A stretch of 64,000 nucleotides of DNA from Octopus vulgaris (taxonomy: Eukaryota). Below are positions 46,509 through 60,314 of the stretch, piece by piece. Under the pieces are notes generated by a model, which searched no databases, was not told the origin of the DNA, and saw only the letters and a list, made by a program, of their open reading frames with translations. Location: assembly GCA_951406725.2 (NCBI GenBank), contig OX597832.1, forward strand, positions 18,724,001 to 18,788,000, in the 5' to 3' direction. Positions within the stretch are counted from its first letter, which is position 1; each line of letters begins with the position of its first letter. The translations under genes were made by a program, and so were the position numbers.

Positions 46509-46550
46509 GCTGCATTGAAAAGGGGCAATACCCCGAAACGCGTCTGTAGC
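46509..46550 (+). ncRNA. Minimal type I hammerhead ribozyme, U3-A8 core variant
   Basis: Stem I GCTGCA(46509-14)/TGTAGC(46545-50); core TTGAAAA (46515-21; CUGANGA with C3>U and G8>A); stem II GGGG-caata-CCCC (46522-34); GAAA (46535-38); palindromic stem III ACGCGT; GUC triplet with predicted cleavage after C46544. Confidence 0.85.
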
Positions 46551-46726
46551 TGCCGGTCAAGTAGTGTGGAGCGACTGACCTCCCTTGTTCGAAGGTTATA
46601 TGGATACAGTTTGTGTATCAAATAGCTAACTTAAGGCGATGGCCTCATGGAGCTAATAAGCGGACAGCTTTATTCTTATTTTTATAAGAATGCCATATTA
46701 GTATGGCGATAACTATTATCTATATA

Positions 46727-46815
<89 letters not shown>

Positions 46816-46831
46816 TGAGAGAGAGAGAGGT

Positions 46832-46868
<37 letters not shown>

Positions 46869-47963
46869 TAGATAGGCCGATGATTATCATTCTTACTACA
46901 AATTTTATTTGTTTACAATTATCAGAGTTAATTAGACGTATTATCTTACTTGTAGATATGTATCTTTTATTTTTTAGCACTTATTCATTCTATCACTCGC
47001 TGTGGTTGGTATCAATTCTATGGTCGTCCTTAACGCTCCCAACAGGTTTGCCCGTGGGCTGAGTTACACGACTCATCCCTTACTTCCGTTGCGGCAACTA
47101 ACAAGAATTTTGCCATTGGTCGCCACGCTGTGTGACTGGATGAAGCTATCTTTTGTTATGACCTGCTGGGGAATGTTAAAATGCTTTTCTCATTACGAGC
47201 GTCCATTCACGATGTGTATATTAGAGATATTATTTAATAAAACATTTTCAGTTTAACATATTTCATAATTTTTGCCCTTTTAGCTATTTTTATTTCCCGG
47301 TTTCGTTATTAGCTCACATACAGTTTCTGTTATATTGAGCAGGTTCAGTTAATCTGATTTAGGTGATGAAACATCGGACGACCCTGATCCGGTGGCTGAC
47401 AATGTGTTACTTATATAATACATGTTTTATTGTTTTATTTCCTAATTCTGATCGTTTTCCCTTGTGCCATAAATGATATTGACAGTCCTTCCAATTCTAG
47501 CACAAGTTTTTCCCTTTTCGAAGGGCTTTTTACAATTGTTAAAAATGCCCTGCGTGGTTTTCGATTTTCTGTGACTTTTGGCAGTTTATTGGGTCCTTAA
47601 GCACCTTCCGATAAAAAGGACACATATTCATACATATATACATGCATAAACACAGGTACACACATATATATATACATACATATGTACACAGACACACGCG
47701 CACGCACACAGACACATACAAATATATTTACACAGAGGATAGATGTTTTCGGAAGGCCTGTTTAAATTGTTAGATAATTGATAGAGTTGAAATCTTCCGG
47801 AGCATTGGGTTGGCATAACCCAAATGGTTAATATAGAGAAAACTGAATATATTAATATTTGAAAGAGCAATGGATTAATTATCCATGTAATTGAAATGCT
47901 GAGTCTCTTTCATATTGTATAATTTCCATTCTGCTTCACAACGTAATATTGTAATGGGGAAGG

Positions 47964-48432
47964 ACGGCGAGCTGGCAGAAACGTTAGCACGTCGGGCGAT
48001 ATGCTTAGCGGTATTTCGTCTGCCGCTACGTTCTGAGTTCAAATTCCGCCGAGGTCGACTTTACCTTTCATCCTTTCGGGGTCGATGAAATAAGTACCAG
48101 TTAAGCACAGGGTCGATATAATCGACTTAATCCCTTTGTCTGTCCTTGCTTGTCCCCTCTGTATTAAGCCCCTTGTGGGTAGTAAAGAAATAGGTATTTC
48201 GTCTGCCGTTACGTTCCGAGTTTAAATTCCATCGAGGTCGACTTTGCCTTTCATACTTTCGGAGTCGATAAATTAAGTACCAGTTACGCACTGGGATCGA
48301 TATAATCGAATTAATCCCTTTGTCTGTCCTTGTTTGCTCCTTGTGAGCAATAAAGACATAAGAAACGTTAGTGAGTCGGACGGAACGCCTAGCGGTATTT
48401 CGTCTTTCTTTACGTTCTGCGTTCAAATTCCG
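47964..48432 (+). mobile_element. SINE family A, re-iterated
   Basis: Head acggcgagctggcagaaacg; re-entries at about 48193 (ggtatttcgtc) and about 48361 (agaaacgttag). Confidence 0.88.
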
Positions 48433-48493
48433 AATTTGGGGTCCATCTAAATTTAAGATATTATCTAATGCACCTTAGGAGTGGCTGTGTATA

Positions 48494-48898
48494 GGCGCGG
48501 GAGTGGCTGTGTGGTATGTAGCTTGCTAACCAACCACATGGTTCCGGGTTCAGTCCCACTGCGTGGCACCTTGGGCAAGTGTCTTCTGCTATAGCCCCGG
48601 GCCTACCAATGCCTTGTGAGTGGATTTGGTAGGCGGAAACTGAAAGAAGCCTGTCGTATATATGTATATATATATGTGTATGTGTGGGGTTTTTTTCTGT
48701 GTTTGTCCCCCTAGCATTGCTTGACAACCAATTCTGGTGTGTTTACGTCACCGTCACTTAGCGGTTCGGCAAAAGAGACCGATAGAATAAGTACTAGGCT
48801 TACAAAGAATAAGTCCAGGGGTCGATTTGCTCGACTAAAGGCGGTGCACCAGCATTGCCGCAGTCAAATGACTGAAACAAGTAAAAGAGTAAAAGAGT
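48494..48898 (+). mobile_element. SINE family B, preceded by a short duplicate of its head (48477-48490)
   Basis: Colinear with the other copies; (gtaaaaga)n tail. Confidence 0.9.
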
Positions 48899-49648
48899 AT
48901 AGTAATAATTAGGTGTAAGATTGCAATAAATGGATTCTATCTCTATATTAAATGATTTGTTGAACATTCCATGCTTATTAAATTATATAATTTAGAATGT
49001 GTGATTCCACTTAAATGGAGAGAATATATACAGCATTAAACGTAATTAATGGTGCTTCCAATATGATGCTTGATAACGGTAATTTGGTGTTTGTGGTATT
49101 GTAAATATTTAGACATGTACTAGATTTAGAAGGGTAACAAACATTAGGTATGAAATGGAAAAAGTCTGTGTGTTTCATTTTGCTGGGTTAATGACGGGGT
49201 TTCTCCAGGAAGACTGTTAGTCATTGCAATACCTCGCATTCGGAGAGAAATTCAAGTTTATTGACTGTGTTACTTTATGTTTAGTTCAAAAAGATATTTT
49301 CAAAGAATATATATTAATGTGACTGAAATCGCGGACATATGTTTGGCAAAAACTAATTTATATGACAAATTTATATGACGTTAAAGTTGAATATCTGACA
49401 AGGGGACGGCACATGTTTTAAGGGGAGGTAATATGTTTATTTGTCTACCTTCACTTTCAGTATTATTTGACATGTTTGAATATAACAAAAACAGGATATG
49501 AGACCAAGCAACAAGGTTCTATTGATCAAGCATTGATAACGTATATGATAGAAGGATGTTCAACAAATCCCGTACTGATATATCCTCTTAGAAGTTACTG
49601 CATGTATATATAAACGATATATACATATTAATATATGTTCGTATGTAG

Positions 49649-49736
<88 letters not shown>

Positions 49737-49892
49737 AGATATATATATATATATATGTATGTACGTATGTATGTATGCATGGATGTATATCTATGTATGT
49801 ATGCATGTATGTAAATTTCATATGAATACTGTAACTGTAATGTTTGTAATATTTATTTTGTTAAATATGTTGCACAATATAAAAATTTATAG

Positions 49893-49895
49893 ATT

Positions 49896-49929
<34 letters not shown>

Positions 49930-49977
49930 CAGATAGATAGAAAGATAGAAAGATAGATAGATAGATAGATAGCTAGC

Positions 49978-50029
<52 letters not shown>

Positions 50030-50043
50030 GAGATAGATAGATA
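49893..50043. repeat. (GATA)n microsatellite
   Basis: Seen directly. Confidence 0.96.
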
Positions 50044-50269
50044 AAAGTGTTCTTTTATCTCCTATACTGTGATTGTGATCAAATTATAGGACCGGCTGAA
50101 GATGCTTAACAACTATAACAATTAAATTACATTCTACAAATTCATACATAAGCCTAGGATCATAATTATACTAAAAAAATAACGAAAATTATTTACATAT
50201 TTATCTATATTCCACTCTCCAACAAAACCCTCACTAATTCCTACCTCTTATTCTCAGCCTTTCTTTCCT

Positions 50270-50310
<41 letters not shown>

Positions 50311-50921
50311 TGTTTACATGAATACACAAGTACACACAAAGCCCAAACACATAAAGGCTTATATTTCCACATAGGTAATATGCTTATACACACAAACACA
50401 CACACATATGACATCTATGTACTCTTATAACTATACATACATACATATATACATAGGCACACGAACATACATACATACATACATACATACATACATACAT
50501 ACATACATACATACATACATGCATACATACATACATACATACATATATATATAAGATATTTCATAACGGAATAGAAGCAAAAATATGGAAAAAATACGCA
50601 CTAAATACTTTATTTAAATGTTTACAAATTAATTGAAATATATAGAAATTTCCTTTGTCGCACAATAAGTTCTTCGAAACATAATAAACAGCAAACGGAA
50701 ACATTCATTTACGCATATCTATCATGTTATTTAAACTAATCAACTAAATACTCCATGTCATTACAGAATTCTTTATATACGTCTATATAAATTATATAAC
50801 GATCGCCGCATATACATAACGTATATAGTGCATACGTGCGCAAACATATATCACATGTATATATATATATATATATATGCATGCATATGCTTGAATGCAA
50901 TACACTCACACACACACAAGC

Positions 50922-50985
<64 letters not shown>

Positions 50986-51257
50986 GTGTAGATGTTCGAA
51001 GACAAAGGTAGCAAAGCTCCACTCAATGAGTCTAATTTTCTAATACATATGATTGAGAATTAAAGAATATAAAAAGAAAAAACGAACGCTCAAGCACAAT
51101 CCACACACATCATCATTTAAACAACCATTTAATCTCGAGTAATTGCAATTACCGTTCTGGCTTCAACATTTTTCTTGTATTCATTACGTTTTCCTTCAAA
51201 CGCTATCTTTTTCAATCGATAATTTAACAATTGCCGTGTGGTGGAATTGAATAACTG

Positions 51258-51367
<110 letters not shown>

Positions 51368-51436
51368 CAAAGTTTGCATATGTAAATATATATTTATGTT
51401 CATGTTCAGATGTATATACGTATTATTATGTATCTA

Positions 51437-51470
<34 letters not shown>

Positions 51471-51617
51471 TGGCCATAAACGTATTTGGAGATTAAATGC
51501 AATGAAATATTACATAATATTATATAGCATATTTTCAGACATCGCAATATTCTGATTTTTTTTCTTTTAGAATTATAATTAAGCAACTAGAACGGAAATC
51601 CTATACACCTATTCACA

Positions 51618-51665
<48 letters not shown>

Positions 51666-52036
51666 TACACACAACGCACATACAGAAACATATATGCACA
51701 CACACACACATATATATATATCATGAGTATGTGTGAGTATTTGTTTGTGTGTCTGTGTGTCTGTGTTTGAGTTGTTGTGTGTTTGCATATATGTATTAAT
51801 GTAGATATTATAATAAAATTCTTACTTAAATGTAATTAGTTAATGGAAATGAAATTTTATAACGTTCCACCAGAATAAAGTAAGGAGCTGCGACAATAGC
51901 TTGATACGTACCACCATATATATACATTTGTACACTAGTACATACATGCATATCTATACAAATATTCATACATACATATATAAACATATATCTATCTATC
52001 TATATCTATATCTATATCTATCTCTATATATATCTA

Positions 52037-52118
<82 letters not shown>

Positions 52119-53044
52119 GTGTACCGCGACATCCTTTGTGTTCTGTTGTTGATTTCGTTTGATGCATATATATATATATGACTACGCCAAGGCATGTGTA
52201 TATAAACATGCAAAATACTGTAAATAAATATATAATCGCATACGATGTAACGATGTATATATGTATGTTGACGCACGTTGCCAACCCCAACGATACTTAC
52301 TTCCCCAGTACAATGATATAAGAACCAAATTTCAATGGGCTGAAAACTTTTCTCGGATGCCATTCTGTTCAATACCAATAAACACACACGCACACACACA
52401 AACACCTACAAACACACGCACACATACACACACACACACACACACATAAACACACACACACATGTACACATACACACACATACAAACACACAGACATGCA
52501 CGCACACACTCACGTATATATGTCTATATTTGTTAGTATACAACTCTTTGTACGCTCACAGAGAAATTGTGTGTGTATATGTGTGAGCATGTGTGTGTGT
52601 GTATAAACGTGTGTCTGTGTTTTCTGATATACATGTTCTATACTTTCTACGCATTATTAATCCAATCTCCTGTAATTCAACGTAGGATACTTTGACAACA
52701 ATCTTTACCTTATTTTAATGAAGGTAACTTAAGTTTGATCAGAAGCCAATGGATTACCCCGCATTTTGATAATTACTGCTTACGAAGTTCTGCTAGCTAT
52801 GATACTATGTCACCTGGGTTTAATCTACTTCATTCCCCAACTTTGAATTCGATTCGCATACAAATCAATCCCTGCTAATAATCATAATCTATAAAACAAC
52901 TTTTCGAGCTTATCGAACATTGATACGGGAAAAATGTACAACCTTCTACGGGAATAAACCATTATTGGGTCTGATATTTTTTTTTATATACATCCTACGG
53001 ACTGCTCGCATTTTACTGTTTTCCTACACCTTCATCGTGGGTTT

Positions 53045-53201
53045 CGCAGGAGTGGCTGTGTGGTAAGTAGTTTGCTTACCATCCACATGGTTCCATGTTC
53101 AGTTCAACTGCGTGGCACCTTGGGCAAGTGTCTTCTACAATAGCCTCAGGTCGACAAAATCCTTGTAAGTGGATTTGGTAGACGGAAACTGAAAGAAGCC
53201 C

Positions 53202-53250
<49 letters not shown>

Positions 53251-53563
53251 ATGTATATATATATATATATATATATACATATATACGTATGTATGTATGT
53301 ATGTATGTATGTATGTATATATATATATAAACATGTGTGTATGTATGTTTGTGTGTCTGTGTTTATCCCGCAACATCGCTTGACAACCTATGGTGGTGTG
53401 TTTACGTCCCCGTAAATTAGCGGTTCGGAAAAAGAGCCCGATAGAATAAGTACTAGGCTTACAAAGAATAAGTCTTGGGGTCGATATGCTCGACTACAGG
53501 TGGTGCTCCAACATGGCCTCAGTCAAATGACTGAAACAGTTAAAAGAATAAAATAATAAAAGA
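53045..53563 (+). mobile_element. SINE family B
   Basis: Colinear with the other copies. Confidence 0.88.
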
Positions 53564-54529
53564 ATATATATATATATATTTAGAGAGGTGGGAGAGAGAT
53601 AAACAGACAGATAGACAAACAGACATATAGATAGAAATGAATATCCTTCATGGTATACATTTTTATCTAAGTAACTAATAATCGTGTTTATCCATATTCA
53701 ATTTTTTTCCTTTATATAATATTCATCATACATCTCTCTACGTCTGTTAGTGTGTTTATTACAGATGCACCTTTATCCATGTCGGTAACTCAAATCCATC
53801 CATCTACAAAATGGAGAATATTTCTACCATTCATATAATACTTTTCTGCAAATCTAATGACGTAGTCTCCATCATTTCCGCAGATTTATCAATTATTTCA
53901 CTTCATTGATCTTATTCGAGTTATTTCCCTTGTATAATGTTTGTAGAATTTAGTCACTGGCAGAAGTAGCTGTGTTGACTAATTTCAATGGCTAATCAAT
54001 TGCAGTTTTTCACCTCATTACGATTCTTACTTGAGACCTGTCATATAGTAAAAGGTCTGCATTTCTGAAAATATATGCACGTTACCCTGCTATTTACATT
54101 GTTAAGATATGTACAATGACAGTGTAGACTGAGCAGAAGTATTAGGTCACAGTCGAAGGAATATATAAATCTTTTTTGTGTTGCATAGAACAACTTAAAG
54201 CGCAATCGAGTTATAACGGTGGCAGTTTTCATTGCATATAGACTATATATGAGCAAGGACACGCTTTCCCCAGAATATTTAAGCAACTGAATACCGAGAC
54301 ATTTTGTTTATAAACATAGACATATGAAAGCAGAACGTCTTTTGTTTTTGTTGTGTGGACGCCCCCAGACGATGAAGTAGGCTAGCCCGATACTTAGATA
54401 TAGAGGGAGAAGTCTAGACGTCAGGGTTCAGTAGAGGTCATCCGGATGTGCGATATAACAGTGGCGACGATGATTTCGTAGTTCACACAGCCACTGAGTA
54501 GTATTGCGATTTAACAGTATTATATATAG

Positions 54530-54783
54530 CAGTATTGTGAAAGGTAGGAGAGTCCAGTTTGTTGGACATTGTTGTAAAGCTGAAAACGAGGCAATTTCTG
54601 CTCTTCTCCTCTGGAAGCCATCTACTCGCAATACCGGATGGCGCACACTCTCCTACCCTGATGTAATCTCCAGGGATACAGGCATCCAGCAACAGGACCT
54701 CCGTAATGCTATGATGGACCGTGAAGTCTGGCGTAGCATGGTAAATTCCATTGTCTCGACCACGGTCGAACAATGACGATGAT
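54530..54783 (+). mobile_element. 3' end of an RTE-group LINE
   Basis: ORF 54504-54776 reads SIVKGRRVQFVGHCCK...ISALLLWKP...RTLSYPDVISRDTG...LRNAMMDREVWRSMV, matching the RR..F.GH...LLW.P...GR...Y.D...D...A.DR..WR..V C-terminal signature. The stop runs directly into a tgacgatgat tail. Confidence 0.8.
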
Positions 54784-57199
54784 TATATATATATATTATG
54801 ATATAAGTATATATGTTGCCAGTCGTGCAGCATATTGAGATTAGTTATTGCATATTACGTTATCATTCTTGCTTATCATAGATGGGCTTATATATGACAT
54901 ATAATCTTTATAATTTTGGGGTTCATATATAGTATACTATCATAGCATATAGTAGGAGTGATGTACATAACTAAACTTAAGTATTATATGAAAAGAAGCA
55001 AGAGAGTCTCCTTGACACGTGGCATAATACGATATTCTGTTTATGGAGCAATATTTCAACTTGAGAGCTGCGTATATTTTGAGCCACAATAAAGGACATC
55101 AACTGGTGTTTCACACCTTTAATGTTAAGTCACAATAATAGTCGGTTCATGACTAACAAAATGACATTGTTGATGATTGAATTAAATATGTTCAAACTCT
55201 GTTTTATGATTCCACTTCACAGTGAGAAATTCTGATAATTCAGTTATAAAACATGCCTTGAAATATGATTACAGAATCTCAATTCTCTGACGTGCTTTTG
55301 TTGCTGGTAATTACTATGGAATTTTATAAGTAAAAAGGAAAATAATATTATTTTTCATAAAAATTCTTGCATAGTAATATATAGAATATATAGCAATTTG
55401 ATATTCATCATTTTCAAATGCAAAATACAGGAATTATTGCATGTATTTGAACCACAGAATTTTTAACCCTATTCGTGAGACCCTTTTGGTAACAGTACTG
55501 TGGTATATTTTAGGTCCACTATAGAAATATATGATATTTTACACGCACTTTGGTGTTTAACATAATAAATAAATGAGAGAAATTTCATGAATATTATATC
55601 ATTTAATCGTTTATTTTTCCAAATATTATATCATTGATATGGGGCCCACGCTGAAAAGCTAAATTGTTCAGATTGATACGTGTTTACTATGATGAAACGT
55701 TTGTCATTCACGCTGTCAAAATGTTTTCAAAATTATCGCCTACCAATTAGTTTGTTTTTGTGTTCTATTTAATGATTTTAATTTATTTATTTTTCCATAT
55801 TACACTTCATCATGAAGTTTTACGATAAGTTAATTGAAGATAAAAAAAGAAATAATCTAAAAACCCGCTTCGTGTTTTTCCTCAATCAGGTCATACACAA
55901 CAGTGTCCCGCATATGCTAAATTAACGTATGTGCAGAGATGCCTGGGGTCAGTACAAGGAGGAGAGGATGTCATAGTTGTCTCATCACGCTTGGCCCGTT
56001 GTGATCATGACACTCTCTACGGAATGGGCGGGGTCCTCCTTTGGCGAGCATGACACTGACGGGTAAAAGGCGGACCCTCCCCTGGCATTCATGACAACAC
56101 TTCAACTCATCATAGAAAAATAATTCATTGCTTTAAATGACGTAATGTTTGTTTAACATTGATCTCGTGAAAATTAGACAGTAAAAAAAAAGAAACTTCC
56201 ATACAAAAAATGCTATTTCAATCTGATGAAAATCAGCGGGAGAAGGTTGCGAAAACAAAAATAAATATCTTAAAATCCAAAAGAAAATACACGTATTTAA
56301 TCATCAGTTAGCCACAGAAAAAGTTTGGAAAATATGACGAGAAGAAATTTTGTAATATCAGTCGAACTTTTTATCACTTGACTCCGGAAATGTAGGAAGA
56401 TAATTTAACAAGGAACATTGAGAGCAGCAAGGTAAAGCAGTGCAAAAAGTTATTATAACAGGGGCGCAGTTAAGACAACTTAGTAAAGTAATTCAAACAA
56501 CATATATAAATACATTTGTTTAATAGAATGTTGTAATATTATTTGTTTATCTGGAAATATTAAAGCAAATACTTAAAGTCCAATAAGTAATTTGCAGATG
56601 TATGCCACATATTAGCAGCAATGTGTATGACTACACTGACTGCTAGCAGCAATAACGTTTTAAGGACCTTCTCTCTATAGACCCACATTAAATCGAAATA
56701 GGGGTCAACAAATAGCTCGTGCATACCAGGTACGTTAAACGGAAAAATTATCGGGAAGTCTTTTATATAGAACCATCAGATTTTACAATATATTTCTATA
56801 AAATTGTATATTACAAAAGAATAAATACATTCATATATATATTATACTTATTCTATTTCAGAAAACTCTTAGTTCCTTAGGCAGTACATGATGTAAACCG
56901 GAACATATATACCGGGTATTTAATAAAAATATATACAAAAGAGAGATTGTTGAAAAGATATACTTGAATGAAATTATAAATCTATATTAAGTATGTATAT
57001 ATGGATATATCGTTACGTTTATGTGCACTTGTACGTGTGTGTGTGAGAGAGGATATTGAAGCTATGTAAATTTATACATACACATTTTCCACAGCAATTC
57101 ATACACAAACAACTGTATGCTTTCTAACAATACCCCTCTCTGTGTTTCACTGTCTATCCATCTGTCTATCTAGTCCTCTATTTATCATATGTGAATATG

Positions 57200-57293
<94 letters not shown>

Positions 57294-58640
57294 GACACGT
57301 ATATATACATATATGTATATGTATGTATCTATTCGCATATATATATATATATATATACCTGTCTATATATATATATATATACAAAATTTATTCGTGCATA
57401 CATTTGTGGTGTGTGCTTTTATGAGTGGTTGAGTGGTTGAGTATACGTGCATGTAGGTCTCTTTATGTGTATCTGCGCAAATATATGTCAACTTAAATAA
57501 TGGAAATATTACTTACATAATGTCAAAATTAATTTCATTACATAGGGTGTTTAGTGACCGAACACCTCGAATAATAGGCCCACTGCGAAACAGTTTACCT
57601 GTGTTAAAGAACAATTTAGATATATATATAAGTATTCTGTTACGTTTGTATGCATACGTTTTGCCTCTGATCACTCTCGTTATACACCCGCAATCATTAT
57701 CTAGCGGGAAACAATAACAATATGTTATGTACACATATTAATGTCTAGATTGCAGATTGCTCATTCGAACTCCTGTTTGTATATCTGTGTTTATATGTTT
57801 GTTTGTGTGTATGAGTTTGTGTGACAATGTGTGTGCGTTTTTTAGTGTTTTAGTGTCACTGTGTGTGTCTTCGTGTTTGTTTTTGTGCGTGTAATAATTG
57901 TAAATCAGGATCTCAAACAGCTCCAACATTGTGTGACTAAACATAACTAAACAAACATATTTGGCGCCTATTGCAGATATATAAGTTACACAGAGCATTT
58001 GTGTTTACCTCAGCACACACGGAAGGTGACCAGATATCATAATATTTGAAATGAGTCATTTATTTTAAAGCTCCTCGTTTTTTTCTGTCTAAACGTGTAA
58101 ACAATATCAGCATGGAAGATTACATTTTAACAAGGGAAATAGAAAATAAAGTCGAGGCGTTATTTGTTCTAGCTAGTAAAATATTATTTGGAAATGAGCA
58201 TCTTTTTGAACGTGGCCCAGCATCGTGTTTTCAACGTTGAAACCCATGCTGAAGCTTTTGAAGACATGGATATATTATCAAGTGTTAACGCGGTCCTTTT
58301 GGCAAAACCCATGCAGCCCGAAAGCGCTGCATCCTGAAAGACGATCTCATTGTGTCGAAAAGGGCCAGCATCAAAACTCTGGTATGGCGGCTGTTTAGTA
58401 TCAGTTGTGCGCTCTGATACCATATGTCAGCATAATCTGGAGTCTTTTCTTCTCTATAACTTGGAGAACCGTGTCAACAGGTGTTCTAAATATTATGACA
58501 TATCTACAATCTTCCCGCAATGCAGGCAGCCAGACTGCAAACTTTTGTCTGATAGTCAACCTTTCGAGTATCTCGTTTGGCTCACGTATTAAATAAGTTA
58601 GTAGGTTATTACAGTGAAGCTGCGAAATGTTGCTATGTCG

Positions 58641-58843
58641 TACTCCAGTGAGCTATCAGACTGGGTCTTATAAATCAGCTAAAAGTTCAAATCTTCCATA
58701 AACACAGGGGCAGGAACTTCCCAACAACCATAATACTCGAACAGGTGGCCATAAAATAACTGAATATTAAAGAAGTTCTTAAGGCCTTCTATTATGCCAT
58801 GTTTCCCCCCACAAATGAATCTAATACTGAACAAGCCTACCTA
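58641..58843 (+). mobile_element. Fragment of the R4/Dong-like N-terminal region
   Basis: Aligns by eye to 63515-63717 (cccaacaaccataatactcgaa...aaagaagttcttaaggc...atctaatactgaacaagcctacctaa). Confidence 0.65.
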
Positions 58844-59164
58844 AATATTATGTTATTGTTTTTATGTATTGCGTCTTTCCGTTGCGCATTGTTATGTTCT
58901 CAGCCGATATTATCGAAAGGCAAAATGTGCGTCTATATATTGTGTCGTTAATTTGATTGGCAGCGTTGGCGCGCTCATGTGTTCAAAGCATGCTCTGGTT
59001 TTTGTGTCCGCCTTTATTCCGATGCTGAAGCTAATAGTAAAAGTTCTCTGCCTTTGATGTACTTTTGTGAGCATGCGCAGTATTTCTCTAAGTGTATGAT
59101 GATTATAATTGTTTTCGGTGCCTTTCAATATTCTTCCAAATATTTGTTTCCGTATTACGGAATC

Positions 59165-59920
59165 GAGTTGGCAGAAAAGTTAGCACGACGGGCGAACAGC
59201 TCAGCGGTATTTCGTCTGCCGTTACGTTCTGAGTTCAAATTACGCCGAGGTCGACTTTGCCTTTCATCCTTTTGAGGTCGATAAATTAAGTACCAGTTAC
59301 GCACTGGAGTCGATATAATCGACTTATTCCGTTTGTCTCTCCTTGTTTGTCCTCTGTGTTTAGCCCCTTGTGGGCAGTAAAGAAATAGGTATTTTGTCTG
59401 CCGTCACGTTCTGAGTTCAAATTCCACCGAGGTCGACTTTGCCTTTCATCTTTTCGGGGTCTATAAATTAAGTACCAGTTACGTACTTGGATCGTTGTAA
59501 TCGACTTAATACTTTTGTCTGTCCTTGTTTGTCCCCTCTATGTTTAGCCCCTTGTTGGCAATAAAGAAATAAGAAACGTTAGTACGCCGGTCGAAATGCT
59601 TAGCGGTATTTCTTCTGCCGTTACGTTCTGAGTTCAAATTCCGCTGAGGTCGACTTTGCCTTTCATCCTTTCGGGTTCGATAAATTAAGTACCAGTTACG
59701 CAATGCGATCGATGTAATCGACTTAATGTCCTTGTTTGTCCTCTCTATGTTGAGCCCCTTCTGGGCAGTAAAGAAATAAGAATCGGTAAGCAGGTCGAGC
59801 AAAATGTATAACGGCATTTCATCGGTCATTTCAAGCTGCATTCAAATTATATTGAGGTCAACCTTGACCTTCATCATTTTCTGGGTCAATAAAGTAAGTA
59901 CCAGTTGAGCACTGAGGTCA
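59165..59920 (+). mobile_element. SINE family A multimer (about 4 re-iterated units, the last degenerate)
   Basis: Re-entries at about 59388 (ggtattttgtc), 59572 (agaaacgttag) and 59779 (agaatcggtaagc). Confidence 0.87.
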
Positions 59921-60314
59921 AACTTTGAAACTTATATCTGCTTTTGTGACGGGTAACTGGACCACAGCATTCATACAATCACACACAAACGCACACACGC
60001 ACACCCTCAATCACACACATGCACGCACGAACGCGCACCGCCACACATATTTATATATATTACATAGAAATTAATTAGCATTTACATATGTTTCTCTATG
60101 AATACAAATACTTACGAATATTTATAATAATTCAGTTATGAATAAAGATTTCGTGTATTTTTTGTAGAAACAAGGTTATAATAAATATTTACGCAATTAT
60201 GGACATCATGAGAAATAATTATGTAAATATTTCTTTTGCTGCTTTGCATATACCTTTCTCCAGGCTTATATTTACGTTAACAGCAATTGTTTAAGCTTCC
60301 TTATTCTATTTTAA

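Larger units (their letters stand above)
45925..46719. mobile_element. Hammerhead-ribozyme-bearing repeat element (Penelope-like pseudo-LTR or retrozyme): inverted copy plus about 1.45 direct copies of a 363-nt unit
   Basis: Plus-strand unit 46195-46557 is repeated at 46558-46719 (period 363; identical over 162 nt as read by eye). A minus-strand copy spans 46196-45925. The inverted arms 45925-46149 and 46195-46419 are 225 bp each with 2 mismatches. Both outer ends abut (TA)n-type sequence. An inverted truncated copy next to tandem copies with a minimal hammerhead is the known Penelope-like element layout. Confidence 0.8.

Noticed and set aside
49185-49232. Possible decayed minus-strand hammerhead (ctaacag...gaaaccccgtc)
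   Set aside because: The core and stem II are too degenerate to support.
55960-56020. SECIS element or HDV-like ribozyme in the GC-rich island
   Set aside because: Helix lengths and loop sizes do not fit either consensus on either strand.
58184-58490. Possible transposase fragment (IVFQDAA motif)
   Set aside because: The other DDE motifs are not recoverable in any frame; left unclassified.
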